Assembly: GCF_019049675.1 (NCBI RefSeq) | Contig: NZ_JAFMOW010000066.1 | Span: 305,615 to 337,614, forward strand | Direction: 5' to 3' | DNA from: Rahnella bonaserana | GTDB taxonomy: Bacteria; Pseudomonadota; Gammaproteobacteria; Enterobacterales; Enterobacteriaceae | DNA: 32,000 bases | Shown here: positions 7,654 through 15,724 of the stretch, one piece after another | Layout: every line of letters begins with the position of its first letter | Position numbering within the stretch: position 1 is the first letter of the stretch | The notes under the pieces: generated by a model | Told to the model about the DNA's origin: nothing | Databases searched by the model: none | Seen by the model: the letters and a program-made list of their open reading frames with translations, nothing else | Made by a program: the position numbers and the translations under genes

Positions 7654-10329
7654 TCAGCCGATGACCTCCTGATTGAGCACGTAAACAAACTTCGGCCCTA
7701 TTTCTGGCAGGCGAATTTGCTTTTGTATCCGGTTTTCGCTGGTTTCCGTGATCCAGCCGTTTTCACGGCACAGCAGGGCGGTTTTCTTCTGGTCTGATGT
7801 GCCGCAAATCTCTTTCCAGCCGCTTGGCAATACGTAAAAAGTGGTCACCGCATCACTGGCATTATCACCTCTTACCACTCTGCGATAGCCCACCATATTG
7901 GCAGGCCGGTTTTTATCATCATTCCAGTCTGCAAAACGGGTGAACTGATTGGCCGTGATGAAACGCCGTATCCGCTCCAGCGCATCCGCTTCTTCCTGAT
8001 TGGCAGAGTGGCCACGGTCTTTCAGCCACGCATCAAGACAGGCTTGTGCGGCACGAAGCGCCTCGCCGGATGGCCATCCGGTAATGCCTGCAAGCGAGGC
8101 CAGCTCGCCCGCCACGGCCAGCAGGGCAAAGCGATCTACGATGCGCCCCACTTGTTTACCCGATTCGGCAGGGAGCAGGGTACGTTCATACTCTTTTTTC
8201 AGCGTCTTGGCGCGGTGCGTGACGTCCTGAAGGTTCGCGGTCAGGTAGCGTATCCAGTCGCGAAAAGGCGCGCCGTGGTACTGCTTGCTGGCCTGTTCAA
8301 GATGTTCCGCAAAATCCTTACCGCTGTCGAAACCGTGCAGGTTTTCAAAGGCACCGTGTACGCCGGTATCGCTGGGGATTTGCACCATGCGTACCCCCAC
8401 GCCCGCGCCGGTGCGTTTTTCGCCTGCCTCGGCGGCATGTTCCATAATGGAGACCTCGCCAGTTGACATGTAGAGCATCGACCACGTCACCGGATCACGT
8501 ACGCTGCCATCAACGCGACCGCGCGCCTTACCCTGACCGTTACCCAGCATGTAAGCAATCCGGCTGGCCTCTTTGCCGTCCACTTCGCTGATCTCATCGA
8601 GCATCAGGGCGGCATCATTGCGCCGCAGGGCGATACCTTCCAGCGCGTTACCGGTGGCGCGCCACGTTTTCCAGAAGTCGGGACTGCCGCACAGTGAAGC
8701 GGCCACCTTCATGGTGGTGGTTTTCCCGTCGGTAGACTCGCCTTTCAGGTGATAGCCACCGCCGCCCGCGCCGATTAAGTGGAGCAGCGGCGCCGCCAGT
8801 GCGAGGCTGACGCAAAAGGTCAGGCGTGAGTTATGAATACAGTAACGGCCTATCTGTTCGACCCATTCCGCCGTGGTGCCCGCCGTTCTGAAATCGTTCT
8901 TGGAAGAATAGGCCGACTGCAAAATCACAGACTCAGCACCGCTGCCTATGACCTCATCCTGCAAAACATACACGGAGCCGTGCCAGCCGGTTTTGTTCAC
9001 GCAGGTGACCTTACGCACGGGGCGGCAGGTGGAGATATATTCCATCAGATAGCCCCGCGCTGAACCGTTCACGCTGATAAAGTGCAGGCCGTTCTCCAGC
9101 AGCACCTCCCGCAGCTCCTGACCGCTACCGGCCAATACGGTCATGGGCATTGCCCACTGATGATTAATCCCGTTTGAGTCTTCCCATTCCAGCAGGCGGC
9201 CAAACTTTCCGCCGTCGGCATCACAGCTGATGGCCGTCACCCGCAGCGGGCTGCAAATTTTGATTTGCCTGACCTGACCGCTGTCGCCGTCATCGTTGAC
9301 CGGCTTATCGAACCACAGAAAATCCTTTGTCAGGCGAAAGCCGTGAGGCAGACGGGTTTCAGTGTCGTTAGGGTTCACCATTTCATCGGTAAAAGCGTCA
9401 CGGGCTCGCTGGACGCCAAATTCACGCCGGAAATCATCCCAGTCCGCTTTAAACTGGCCAGAGGGGATGGTTACCCACCCGTTGACGGCCTGCGCGGCCT
9501 GAAATGCTTTCTCCCGACCGGGATTATCTTTCCCGTCGGCAAAGTCATTATCACCGGCGATCACCAGACGGGTATCAGGCCACTTTTCCCTCAGCGCCTT
9601 GGCCACGTTGAGCAGATTGTTTGCCGATACGGCGGCGATGCACCAGCCTTCACTGAGGCCTGAGACGGTGATAGCCGTGGCAAAACCTTCTGTAATAATG
9701 ACCCGTTCAGGATAGTCATCCGGTACGGGCGTGACGGCCAGAAAAGCCCCCGACATTTTTGAGCCAGAGAGCAGGCATTTATCGCCCGTGGGGCTGATGA
9801 GCTGTGCGCCGGTGGTCTGATTATCCAGCGTGACCAGCGGCAGCAGGAGAGAGCCTTCCGCAAAGGTCATTCCCGCCAGTGAAACAGGGTGAGCGGTCAG
9901 CGGATATTGATGACCGATGAGTCCCTTACCTTTGAGATAAAGGCTTTCCCCCTGAGAGGACTGAGCGGAAAGAGCCTGATAAGTTTTTATCAGCTGAGCC
10001 CTTTTTTGTGCGTCAGAGGTATTTTTCTTGGCAGGCGCGGGGGCAGTGGCCACTTTACCGGCCAGCAGTTTTTTTATTTCAGCGGCCGCGGCTGACTTAT
10101 TCTTTCCTGATATCAGGCAGAGTAAATCCAGACCGTCACCGTTCCCGCACTGATTACAAAACCATGTGCCGCGTCCGTCTTTATCGTCGAAGCGAAACCG
10201 GTCTTTACCGCCGCATTTAGGGCAGGTTCCATGTTTGTTATTTTCAGGAACATTTATCCCTAACGCTGGCAAAATAAAAGGCCAGTTTCCGCAGGCGTTT
10301 TTTAACGTGCCGGAGACGTGCATATTCAT
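7654..10329 (-). CDS. P4 alpha-type primase-helicase (Zn-finger, Toprim, P-loop/DUF927-like helicase)
   Basis: 891 aa. The N-terminal zinc-binding motif is CPKCGGKDRFRFDDKDGRGTWFCNQCG. The Toprim motifs are VIITEGFATA ... VIAGDND. The Walker A motif is GESTDGKTT. Confidence 0.9.
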   Translation of the reverse strand: MNMHVSGTLKNACGNWPFILPALGINVPENNKHGTCPKCGGKDRFRFDDKDGRGTWFCNQCGNGDGLDLLCLISGKNKSAAAAEIKKLLAGKVATAPAPAKKNTSDAQKRAQLIKTYQALSAQSSQGESLYLKGKGLIGHQYPLTAHPVSLAGMTFAEGSLLLPLVTLDNQTTGAQLISPTGDKCLLSGSKMSGAFLAVTPVPDDYPERVIITEGFATAITVSGLSEGWCIAAVSANNLLNVAKALREKWPDTRLVIAGDNDFADGKDNPGREKAFQAAQAVNGWVTIPSGQFKADWDDFRREFGVQRARDAFTDEMVNPNDTETRLPHGFRLTKDFLWFDKPVNDDGDSGQVRQIKICSPLRVTAISCDADGGKFGRLLEWEDSNGINHQWAMPMTVLAGSGQELREVLLENGLHFISVNGSARGYLMEYISTCRPVRKVTCVNKTGWHGSVYVLQDEVIGSGAESVILQSAYSSKNDFRTAGTTAEWVEQIGRYCIHNSRLTFCVSLALAAPLLHLIGAGGGGYHLKGESTDGKTTTMKVAASLCGSPDFWKTWRATGNALEGIALRRNDAALMLDEISEVDGKEASRIAYMLGNGQGKARGRVDGSVRDPVTWSMLYMSTGEVSIMEHAAEAGEKRTGAGVGVRMVQIPSDTGVHGAFENLHGFDSGKDFAEHLEQASKQYHGAPFRDWIRYLTANLQDVTHRAKTLKKEYERTLLPAESGKQVGRIVDRFALLAVAGELASLAGITGWPSGEALRAAQACLDAWLKDRGHSANQEEADALERIRRFITANQFTRFADWNDDKNRPANMVGYRRVVRGDNASDAVTTFYVLPSGWKEICGTSDQKKTALLCRENGWITETSENRIQKQIRLPEIGPKFVYVLNQEVIG

Positions 10330-10419
10330 AAATATATACCTCAGATGTAAGCGACCCTGCGCTTTCGCGCATCAGTAATAGCCGTTTATTCAACGGGGCT
10401 ACCGGAGCTTAATGAGTCT

Positions 10420-11406
10420 TTAAACCGTGATGGAATTTAACGGGTTGAATGTAATGGCATCCTGAAGATATCCGGGTGCAAAATGCGCGTAGGTCATCGT
10501 TTGCTGGATAGTGGCATGCCCTAATACGCGCTGAAGCGTAATAATATTCCCGCCGTTCATCATAAAATGGGTGGCAAAGGTATGACGTAATACGTGCGCC
10601 GCTTGACCCTTTGGCAGGTCGGGCTTTACCTTTCTTAATGTCATGCGAACCGTATTGTAATTTGAAACAAAAAGTCGCCCGCTGGCTTTTGTTTTTATGG
10701 CGCGCACCAATTCATCCGAAACAGGGACTGACCTGCGTTTGCCGTTTTTAGTTTTCATGAACGTGATGACGTTCTTGATAATATGCTCACCTTTGAGGTT
10801 AGAGACTTCTCCCCAGCGGCCACCGGTGGCCAGACATAACTGAGCCACTTTAAGATTATCGCCCTCAAGCGTTTGCAGCAGTGCCTTAATCTCATCCGTG
10901 GTTAAAAACGCCATCTCTGTTGTTCCTTCCCTGAGCTTTTTGACCTCCCTGAAAGGATGCGCGTTATGGTACTCACCGGCACTGATTAACTTGGTGAACA
11001 TGCCGCTCAGAATGGCCTGATGTCGGTTAATGCTGGCGGGTTTGAGCCCCAAATCCAGCATCATAATCCGGTAATCAATAATCGCTTTATGGGTAAGCTG
11101 GTCTGCGCGGGTGACACCCATTTCTGACAGGTGATTGACGATGCTGTGCAGGCGGCTCCGGTCAATCTCTCCCCGCACATGATGCTTGCCGTGATATACC
11201 CACCAGAGGCTGAGAAGCTCGGTCAGCTTTCGTCTGTCAGCGCTTTTATCTAACCACGCTTTATCCTGATAACGGGCAATAATATAGCGCTCGAAAATCT
11301 GCGCTTCGCCTTTGGTATTAAATTTGCGGCGTATACGTTTTCCGTCGCAGCCTTGTGGCCGAATATCTACAAGATATGTAGCGTCCGTGAGTTTTTTAAT
11401 TGACAT
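10420..11406 (-). CDS. Tyrosine recombinase, P2/186-family integrase-like (second integrase of the island)
   Basis: 328 aa. The N-terminus MSIKKLTDATYLVDIRPQGCDGKRIRRKFNTKGEAQIFERY parallels the P2 Int N-terminus as remembered. Catalytic signatures are ATGGRWGE (R), HVLRHTFATH (HxxR) and GHATIQQTMTYAH (H...Y). Confidence 0.85.
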   Translation of the reverse strand: MSIKKLTDATYLVDIRPQGCDGKRIRRKFNTKGEAQIFERYIIARYQDKAWLDKSADRRKLTELLSLWWVYHGKHHVRGEIDRSRLHSIVNHLSEMGVTRADQLTHKAIIDYRIMMLDLGLKPASINRHQAILSGMFTKLISAGEYHNAHPFREVKKLREGTTEMAFLTTDEIKALLQTLEGDNLKVAQLCLATGGRWGEVSNLKGEHIIKNVITFMKTKNGKRRSVPVSDELVRAIKTKASGRLFVSNYNTVRMTLRKVKPDLPKGQAAHVLRHTFATHFMMNGGNIITLQRVLGHATIQQTMTYAHFAPGYLQDAITFNPLNSITV

Positions 11407-11444
11407 AATAATTACCTATAAAGAAAGAGTAGAGGCGCTGATTT

Positions 11445-11711
11445 TTAAAAATTCCCGCACATCCCTTTTTCTTTTAATTCTGCCAATACAAAAGACAAAT
11501 CTTCGTCCACATAGCTGAGGATATGAGGCAGATAAAATGGCGTCAGCCCGTCGATTTCTCTTTTTCTTAAATCACATCCTAAAAAATAGGTCAGCTCCTG
11601 TGAGCGGTTAAGCTTGCGAAATGCTTCAAGGCTGAGTGTTACTTTTACATCATTGCTAACATCATCGATTTGAGCTGTAACCTGAGTTTTATTATCTGTT
11701 TGGTTATGCAT
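11445..11711 (-). CDS. Hypothetical 88-aa protein (shorter start preferred)
   Basis: The internal ATG at 11711 is preceded by GGAGG 7 nt upstream. The track ORF (to 11792) would overlap the upstream gene extensively. No family recognised. Confidence 0.45.
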   Translation of the reverse strand: MHNQTDNKTQVTAQIDDVSNDVKVTLSLEAFRKLNRSQELTYFLGCDLRKREIDGLTPFYLPHILSYVDEDLSFVLAELKEKGMCGNF

Positions 11712-11907
11712 GAGTAACCTCCAGAACTGGCAGGCGACCTGCAAAGAAAAGGATGAACTTATCAGAGAGTAATTTCCTAGCCGCTTGCTCATTAGCGGCT
11801 ATCACTGCTTTACGATGGGGTAGCTTAGGAGCGTCAGTACGGCTTACCGCGAGGAATAACCAATAATATACAGTTGGTGTCTGTGTGATATCATTCTTGG
11901 TAGTCAT
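11704..11907 (-). CDS. Small 67-aa protein resembling Icd-like (host cell division inhibitor-like) proteins of P4-type prophages
   Basis: The start at 11907 (MTTKNDITQTPTVYYWLFLAVSRTD...ILFFAGRLPV) avoids the operator and promoter region that the longer track ORF would cover. The hydrophobic-W/F..LA..R.D ... FAGRLPV pattern recalls annotated Icd-like proteins. This rests on memory only. Confidence 0.4.
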   Translation of the reverse strand: MTTKNDITQTPTVYYWLFLAVSRTDAPKLPHRKAVIAANEQAARKLLSDKFILFFAGRLPVLEVTHA

Positions 11908-11997
11908 AGCGTAAATCTCGATTACGTTGTGATTAAACGCCTCGGCAGTGTTGCAAGCACTTCGGGGCGTTGCTTTTTGTAGTATCTGATAACGATG

Positions 11998-12085
11998 CTG
12001 TGCGCACAGTATGTTTCTAAGTGTGCGCACATGTCAACTCTTACATTCCGCCATTTTTTGCTGTATCGTGTGCGCACATGACAAT
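11998..12085. promoter_or_regulatory. Divergent promoter/operator region with three TGTGCGCACA palindromes
   Basis: The perfect 10-bp palindrome TGTGCGCACA occurs at 11999-12008, 12022-12031 and 12069-12078; the last two share the 13-mer GTGTGCGCACATG. A leftward promoter candidate has -35 TTGACA (12037..12032), an 18-nt spacer containing operator 2, and -10 CATACT (12013..12008) abutting operator 1. A rightward candidate has -35 TTGCTG (12058-12063), a 16-nt spacer containing operator 3, and -10 GACAAT (12080-12085). Confidence 0.55.
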
Positions 12086-12105
12086 GACAGTTTTGAGGCG
12101 TAAAC

Positions 12106-12312
12106 GTGACTAGTGGTAATACAAACAACAAATCGGCCAAGAAAAATATTCGCTTTCCCCATGAATTAATTGACGAGATAGATGCGAGTATTGAACGTGA
12201 AAAAAATAATTCTCCTGGAACTAACTTTTCCTCATGGGTGCTTGATGCTTGTGAAAGAAAACTCAAGGCAGAGTTGCGTAAAAAAGGGCAGCAGACGATA
12301 GTCAAAGATTGA
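12106..12312 (+). CDS. Small ribbon-helix-helix-like DNA-binding protein (68 aa)
   Basis: GTG start with GAGG 8 nt upstream. The stretch KKNIRFPHELIDEIDASIERE...NFSSWVLDACERKL has the beta-strand/helix/helix pattern of CopG/Arc-type RHH proteins. It is transcribed divergently from the leftward operon. Confidence 0.5.
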   Translation: MTSGNTNNKSAKKNIRFPHELIDEIDASIEREKNNSPGTNFSSWVLDACERKLKAELRKKGQQTIVKD

Positions 12313-12361
12313 ATAGTTATCATGTTGACCAGATACCTCTCTGGAATAAAAAGGGGAGGTA

Positions 12362-12580
12362 TTATTGCTGTAAATAACGTTGGTTTTTTTGTGCTTCTAT
12401 CCATTCTTCTATCTCTCTTTCAATCCATGCAACTGTGCGAATACCAGTCTTAATTTGCTTAGGAAATGCATTGTTTTTTATATCCTCATAAATTCTCGTC
12501 CGCGACTTCCCTGTTTTCTCAATTACCTTTGGGAGGCGAATTAATTTATAAGAGGTTTCACTTTGAGTTTGCGAATGCAT
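12362..12580 (-). CDS. alpA: AlpA/Vis-family phage transcriptional regulator / excisionase-like protein
   Basis: 72 aa. LIRLPKVIEKTGKSRTRIYEDIKNNAFPKQIKTGIRTVAWIEREIEEWI is the characteristic AlpA-family HTH. Confidence 0.8.
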   Translation of the reverse strand: MHSQTQSETSYKLIRLPKVIEKTGKSRTRIYEDIKNNAFPKQIKTGIRTVAWIEREIEEWIEAQKNQRYLQQ

Positions 12581-12940
12581 TTTCTACTCCTGAATGATTG
12601 TTAATTAGTTTTATGGCAGTAAGTTATGGTTGCTTACGGGACGTCAAAATAATAAACAAAACATTGTTGACTTGTAAAACGCTGCATAATAACGGGTGGT
12701 TGACAAAATAATGAATAAGGCGAAAAGCAATATTGGAGAGTAGGAACAGGTCTAAGTGGTTCTAAGTAGTTTTGAAAGTTGGAAGATAAAATTTTTTAAA
12801 TAGGTTGGAGTAAGAACTCGTGGATAAGTTGCTTTTATTTCGTCCGGTTGAACCTTTAGGAAGAAAATTTCATGTTTGTTTTTGTGATCCTTGTCACAAT
12901 TTTGAATGTGAGTTTATTAAGAAAGTTTGGTATTTCATAT

Positions 12941-12972
12941 TAGAAAAGGTGTATTAATGTTCATAATACACC
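12941..12972 (-). terminator. Rho-independent terminator downstream of the P4-type integrase
   Basis: A perfect 9-bp stem pairs GGTGTATTA (12948-12956) with TAATACACC (12964-12972) around a 7-nt loop. On the minus strand it is followed by TTTTCT. Confidence 0.6.
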
Positions 12973-12980
12973 CTAATAGG

Positions 12981-14216
12981 TTAATTACTTTCCCAATTAA
13001 ATGCGTAAGGAGGAATGAATTCCCCTCTACAAGCTTCAAGGTAATCTGCCCACCATTGCAGCATTGGTCTACGTTCTTCCATATGTTCCGCTTTATGAAT
13101 GTAAGCAGCTCGGACGCTGTTCCTTTCCTGATGGCTCATTTGACGTTCCACGGCGTCGCGCGACCATCTGCCTGATTCAATCAATGCGCTACATGCCATT
13201 GCCCTGAATCCATGACCACAAATTTCTGTTTTCGTATCGAAACCCATCGTGCGTAAAGCTTTATTAATCGTATTCTCGCTCATAGGCTTATGTTGGTAAT
13301 GATCTCCGGGAAACATTAACACTTCATCACCAGAGAGTGCCTCAAGCTCTTCTATAAGCACCAGCGCCTGATTTGAAAGAGGAATTAAGTGAGGCATTTT
13401 CATTTTGCTGCCACGATAAGAAAAGCGTACTTTTTCCAATTCTTCGCGATTCGCTGGAATTTCCCATAGACGATGCTCTTTGTTAATTTCAGTCCATCTC
13501 GAAAATCTTAGTTCGCTTGAGCGAATGAAAATCAGCAGATTTAATTTAACGGCAATTTTGGTCAGATTCCGGCCGCTATAACTGTCGATTTTTTGCAATA
13601 GTTCAGGGATTCTTTCAAGTGGCAAAGCAGGCCGATGCTGTGACTTATGGGTTTCTATCGCTCCAGTCAGCTCTTGTGCAGGATTGTATTTAATAAGACC
13701 GCTTTGTACTGCATATCGCATTATTGAAGTCGTGCGTTGCTGTAAACGAGAGGCTAATTCGTGTTTCCCAGTTTCTTCAATTGCTCTAAGCGGAGCTAAA
13801 AGGTCTTGAGTGGTTAACCGATTTATCGCTTTGCTGCCGATTTCAGGGAAAAGATGAGTCTCGAAGGCTCGCATGACATTGAGAGAGTGTAGGGAAGACC
13901 AAGTTTTCTTTCTGGCATGCCACTGCCGCGCAATCTCTTCAAACGAGGCGATTTTTTCTTTTTCTGCATGCAAAGGATCGATCCCTTGAGACAAACTTTT
14001 CAGAAACTCATCCCGCGCCTTCCTTGCTTCTGCAAGTGTCATTATTGGGTACATGCCTAACGCCCGAGTGGTGTCCTTCCCATTAATAGTGCGTCTGAAG
14101 CGCCAATACTTCGAACCATTAGAATGCACCAGAAGATATAACCCATTGGAATCACTGAGTTTATAGGGTTTATCTTTTGGCTTCGAGCTCCTGATGCCTG
14201 TGTCAGTTAATGGCAT
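12981..14216 (-). CDS. int: P4/IntS-type tyrosine integrase (DUF4102-type N-terminus)
   Basis: 411 aa. The N-terminus MPLTDTGIRSSKPKDKPYKLSDSNGLYLLVHSNGSKYWRFR is typical of P4-family integrases. Catalytic signatures are IRSSELR (R), HGFRAMA (HxxR) and RAAYIH (Y). It lies about 180 bp from the tRNA 3' end. Confidence 0.92.
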   Translation of the reverse strand: MPLTDTGIRSSKPKDKPYKLSDSNGLYLLVHSNGSKYWRFRRTINGKDTTRALGMYPIMTLAEARKARDEFLKSLSQGIDPLHAEKEKIASFEEIARQWHARKKTWSSLHSLNVMRAFETHLFPEIGSKAINRLTTQDLLAPLRAIEETGKHELASRLQQRTTSIMRYAVQSGLIKYNPAQELTGAIETHKSQHRPALPLERIPELLQKIDSYSGRNLTKIAVKLNLLIFIRSSELRFSRWTEINKEHRLWEIPANREELEKVRFSYRGSKMKMPHLIPLSNQALVLIEELEALSGDEVLMFPGDHYQHKPMSENTINKALRTMGFDTKTEICGHGFRAMACSALIESGRWSRDAVERQMSHQERNSVRAAYIHKAEHMEERRPMLQWWADYLEACRGEFIPPYAFNWESN

Positions 14217-14230
14217 GAAATTTCCTTAGT

Positions 14231-14383
14231 TCGACGGGTACAAATTTTATCGAACCAATTATACCCGTTTTTATACCCGAGAAAAAATGGGCTGTCGTGG
14301 GGTTTTATGGGATTAGATGGGATGTTATTTCTATTTTACTTTTTGATTTTAATGGGTTTTTTGTACTTGGCGGGATGTCGTGG
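14231..14383. promoter_or_regulatory. Short direct repeats between int and attR (possible integrase arm-type sites / int promoter region)
   Basis: TATACCCG occurs at 14259-14266 and 14271-14278, with the inverted CGGGTA at 14234-14239. TGTCGTGG occurs at 14293-14300 and 14376-14383. The functional assignment is inference only. Confidence 0.25.
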
Positions 14384-14392
14384 AAAGTGGTT

Positions 14393-14414
14393 ATGGTGTC
14401 CCCTACAGGAATCG
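14393..14414. repeat. Proximal att repeat (attR-like) within the tRNA-Arg 3' end
   Basis: Identical 22-mer to 2139-2160. It overlaps the last 21 nt of the tRNA plus 1 nt downstream. Confidence 0.9.
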
Positions 14415-14468
14415 AACCTGTAACTAGCCCTTAGGAGGGGCTTGTTATATCCGTTTAACTAAGGAGAC
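14394..14468 (-). tRNA. argW: tRNA-Arg (anticodon CCU)
   Basis: The reverse complement GTCTCCTTAGTTAAACGGATATAACAAGCCCCTCCTAAGGGCTAGTTACAGGTTCGATTCCTGTAGGGGACACCA is 75 nt. It has a cloverleaf-compatible acceptor (GTCTCCT/AGGGGAC), the anticodon loop CT-CCT-AA, a GTTCGATTC T-loop and an encoded CCA. It is near-identical to E. coli argW as remembered. Confidence 0.92.
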
Positions 14469-14558
14469 ACGGGCGCCTGTGGAAAGCGCCCGCGTAGTAT
14501 ACTCGTTTTTCTCGCAATAATAAGGCGTCAGGGGTCTGTTTGGTCGTTTCGTCGCCAG

Positions 14559-15476
14559 TCAGGGTTTTGACGCTTCTTTCTTCGCCGCTTCCATTTCCTC
14601 TTTCTTCGCTTTGGCTTTCTTCTGATTACTCATGTCGTTACGGATCTGAGCGTGGCTGATCAGTGCGAAGATAAAGGTGCCGCCGATGATGTTTCCGGCA
14701 AGCGTCGGCAGGGCGAATGGCCAGATAAATTCATACCAGGGAATGGCGCCCGAGAACACCAGATACAGCACTTCGACCGACCCGACCACAATATGCGTCA
14801 GGTCGCCAATCGCCACCATATAAGTCATCAGCATGATCACCCACAGTTTGGCGGTGCCTGCGGACGGGATCATCCACACCATCGTGGCAATCAGCCAGCC
14901 GGACACCATGCCGCCGACGAACATGCCTTCGGGGTCTTTTTCCATGATCTCCAGACTGATGGTGCGAAAAGCTTCGTCAGTGGCGGAATCAAAGAATGGC
15001 ACCAGATGAAACACCAGCGCGGCCAGTCCGCCGCCGATAACGTTGCCGGCCAGCACGATGCCCCACAGGCGCAACAGCAGCAGAATGTTTTTGCTTGTGG
15101 TTTTTTGCATCACAGGCAATACGGCGGTGACCGTGTTCTCGGTAAATAACTGCTGGCGCGCCATGATGACGATTATGAACCCGACGGTATAACCGATGTT
15201 TTCGATAAAGAAGCGTTCCGGGCTGTCGGGTAGTCGGGCGTGAAGAATGCCCTTTGCCATCAGCGAGGCACTGATGGAAAGTCCGGCAGCAATCGCCGAC
15301 CACAGTAATGCCTGTCCGTCGCGCTCAAGTTCTTTCTCACCCTCCATGCGGATGACTTCATGCACCGCAGCCGCTTTCGAAGGCAAATTCTCTTCCCCGG
15401 TTTCAATCTCTTTGCCCTGAGAATGTTCGTCGCTGTCGACATCTTTGTGGTCAGGATGTTGTTTTTCGGCGGTCAT
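14559..15476 (-). CDS. yfdC: Formate/nitrite transporter-family inner membrane protein YfdC-like
   Basis: The start is taken at MTAEKQ (15476), giving 305 aa against 310 aa for E. coli YfdC. The track ORF has a 43-aa upstream extension. Conserved blocks are MARQQLFTENT, GWLIATMVWM and FALPTLAGNI.GGTFIFAL.SHAQIRND. E. coli also has yfdC next to argW. Confidence 0.85.
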   Translation of the reverse strand: MTAEKQHPDHKDVDSDEHSQGKEIETGEENLPSKAAAVHEVIRMEGEKELERDGQALLWSAIAAGLSISASLMAKGILHARLPDSPERFFIENIGYTVGFIIVIMARQQLFTENTVTAVLPVMQKTTSKNILLLLRLWGIVLAGNVIGGGLAALVFHLVPFFDSATDEAFRTISLEIMEKDPEGMFVGGMVSGWLIATMVWMIPSAGTAKLWVIMLMTYMVAIGDLTHIVVGSVEVLYLVFSGAIPWYEFIWPFALPTLAGNIIGGTFIFALISHAQIRNDMSNQKKAKAKKEEMEAAKKEASKP

Positions 15477-15724
15477 GGTAATTCCCCAAAAGTACGTCAA
15501 AGTGGTTTTGAATGTGTTCCGAGATAAGCATAGGCGAGGCTGCGAGATTATGAAGAGATATACAGAAAAGTTACAAAGCATTAACCCATGAACCTTATGG
15601 GACATTTTGCGGATTGTTTGCTGGATTTCAGGGTTTTCAACCCTGTAAACTGTGGGGCCCTAAGCTGCGTCGCGCCTGACGCCTGTGATATGATGCGCGC
15701 TTGTGAAAAATAAGAGACATCACC

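Larger units (their letters stand above)
2139..14414. mobile_element. P4-like phage satellite / integrative island inserted in tRNA-Arg(CCU) (argW)
   Basis: The element is bounded by a perfect 22-bp direct repeat derived from the tRNA 3' end. It contains a tRNA-proximal P4-type integrase, an AlpA-like gene, a primase-helicase, iterons, a Sid-like gene, a cos-like site and an AT-rich cargo block. The flanking genes (nlpA, yfdC) are core genes. Confidence 0.85.

Noticed and set aside
8008-8466. 152-aa plus-strand ORF and neighbouring short ORFs within 7654-10329
   Set aside because: These are shadow ORFs inside the 891-aa primase-helicase gene.
11704-12030. 108-aa and 115-aa long versions of the two small leftward ORFs
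   Set aside because: The long forms would run through the operator and promoter region or overlap each other extensively. Internal ATGs, one with a strong GGAGG, give compact non-conflicting models.
14559-15605. Full 348-aa version of the FNT-family ORF
   Set aside because: The first 43 residues (MSHKVHGLMLCNFSV...) have no counterpart in YfdC. The internal ATG at 15476 gives a protein of orthologue length, so the shorter model is preferred.
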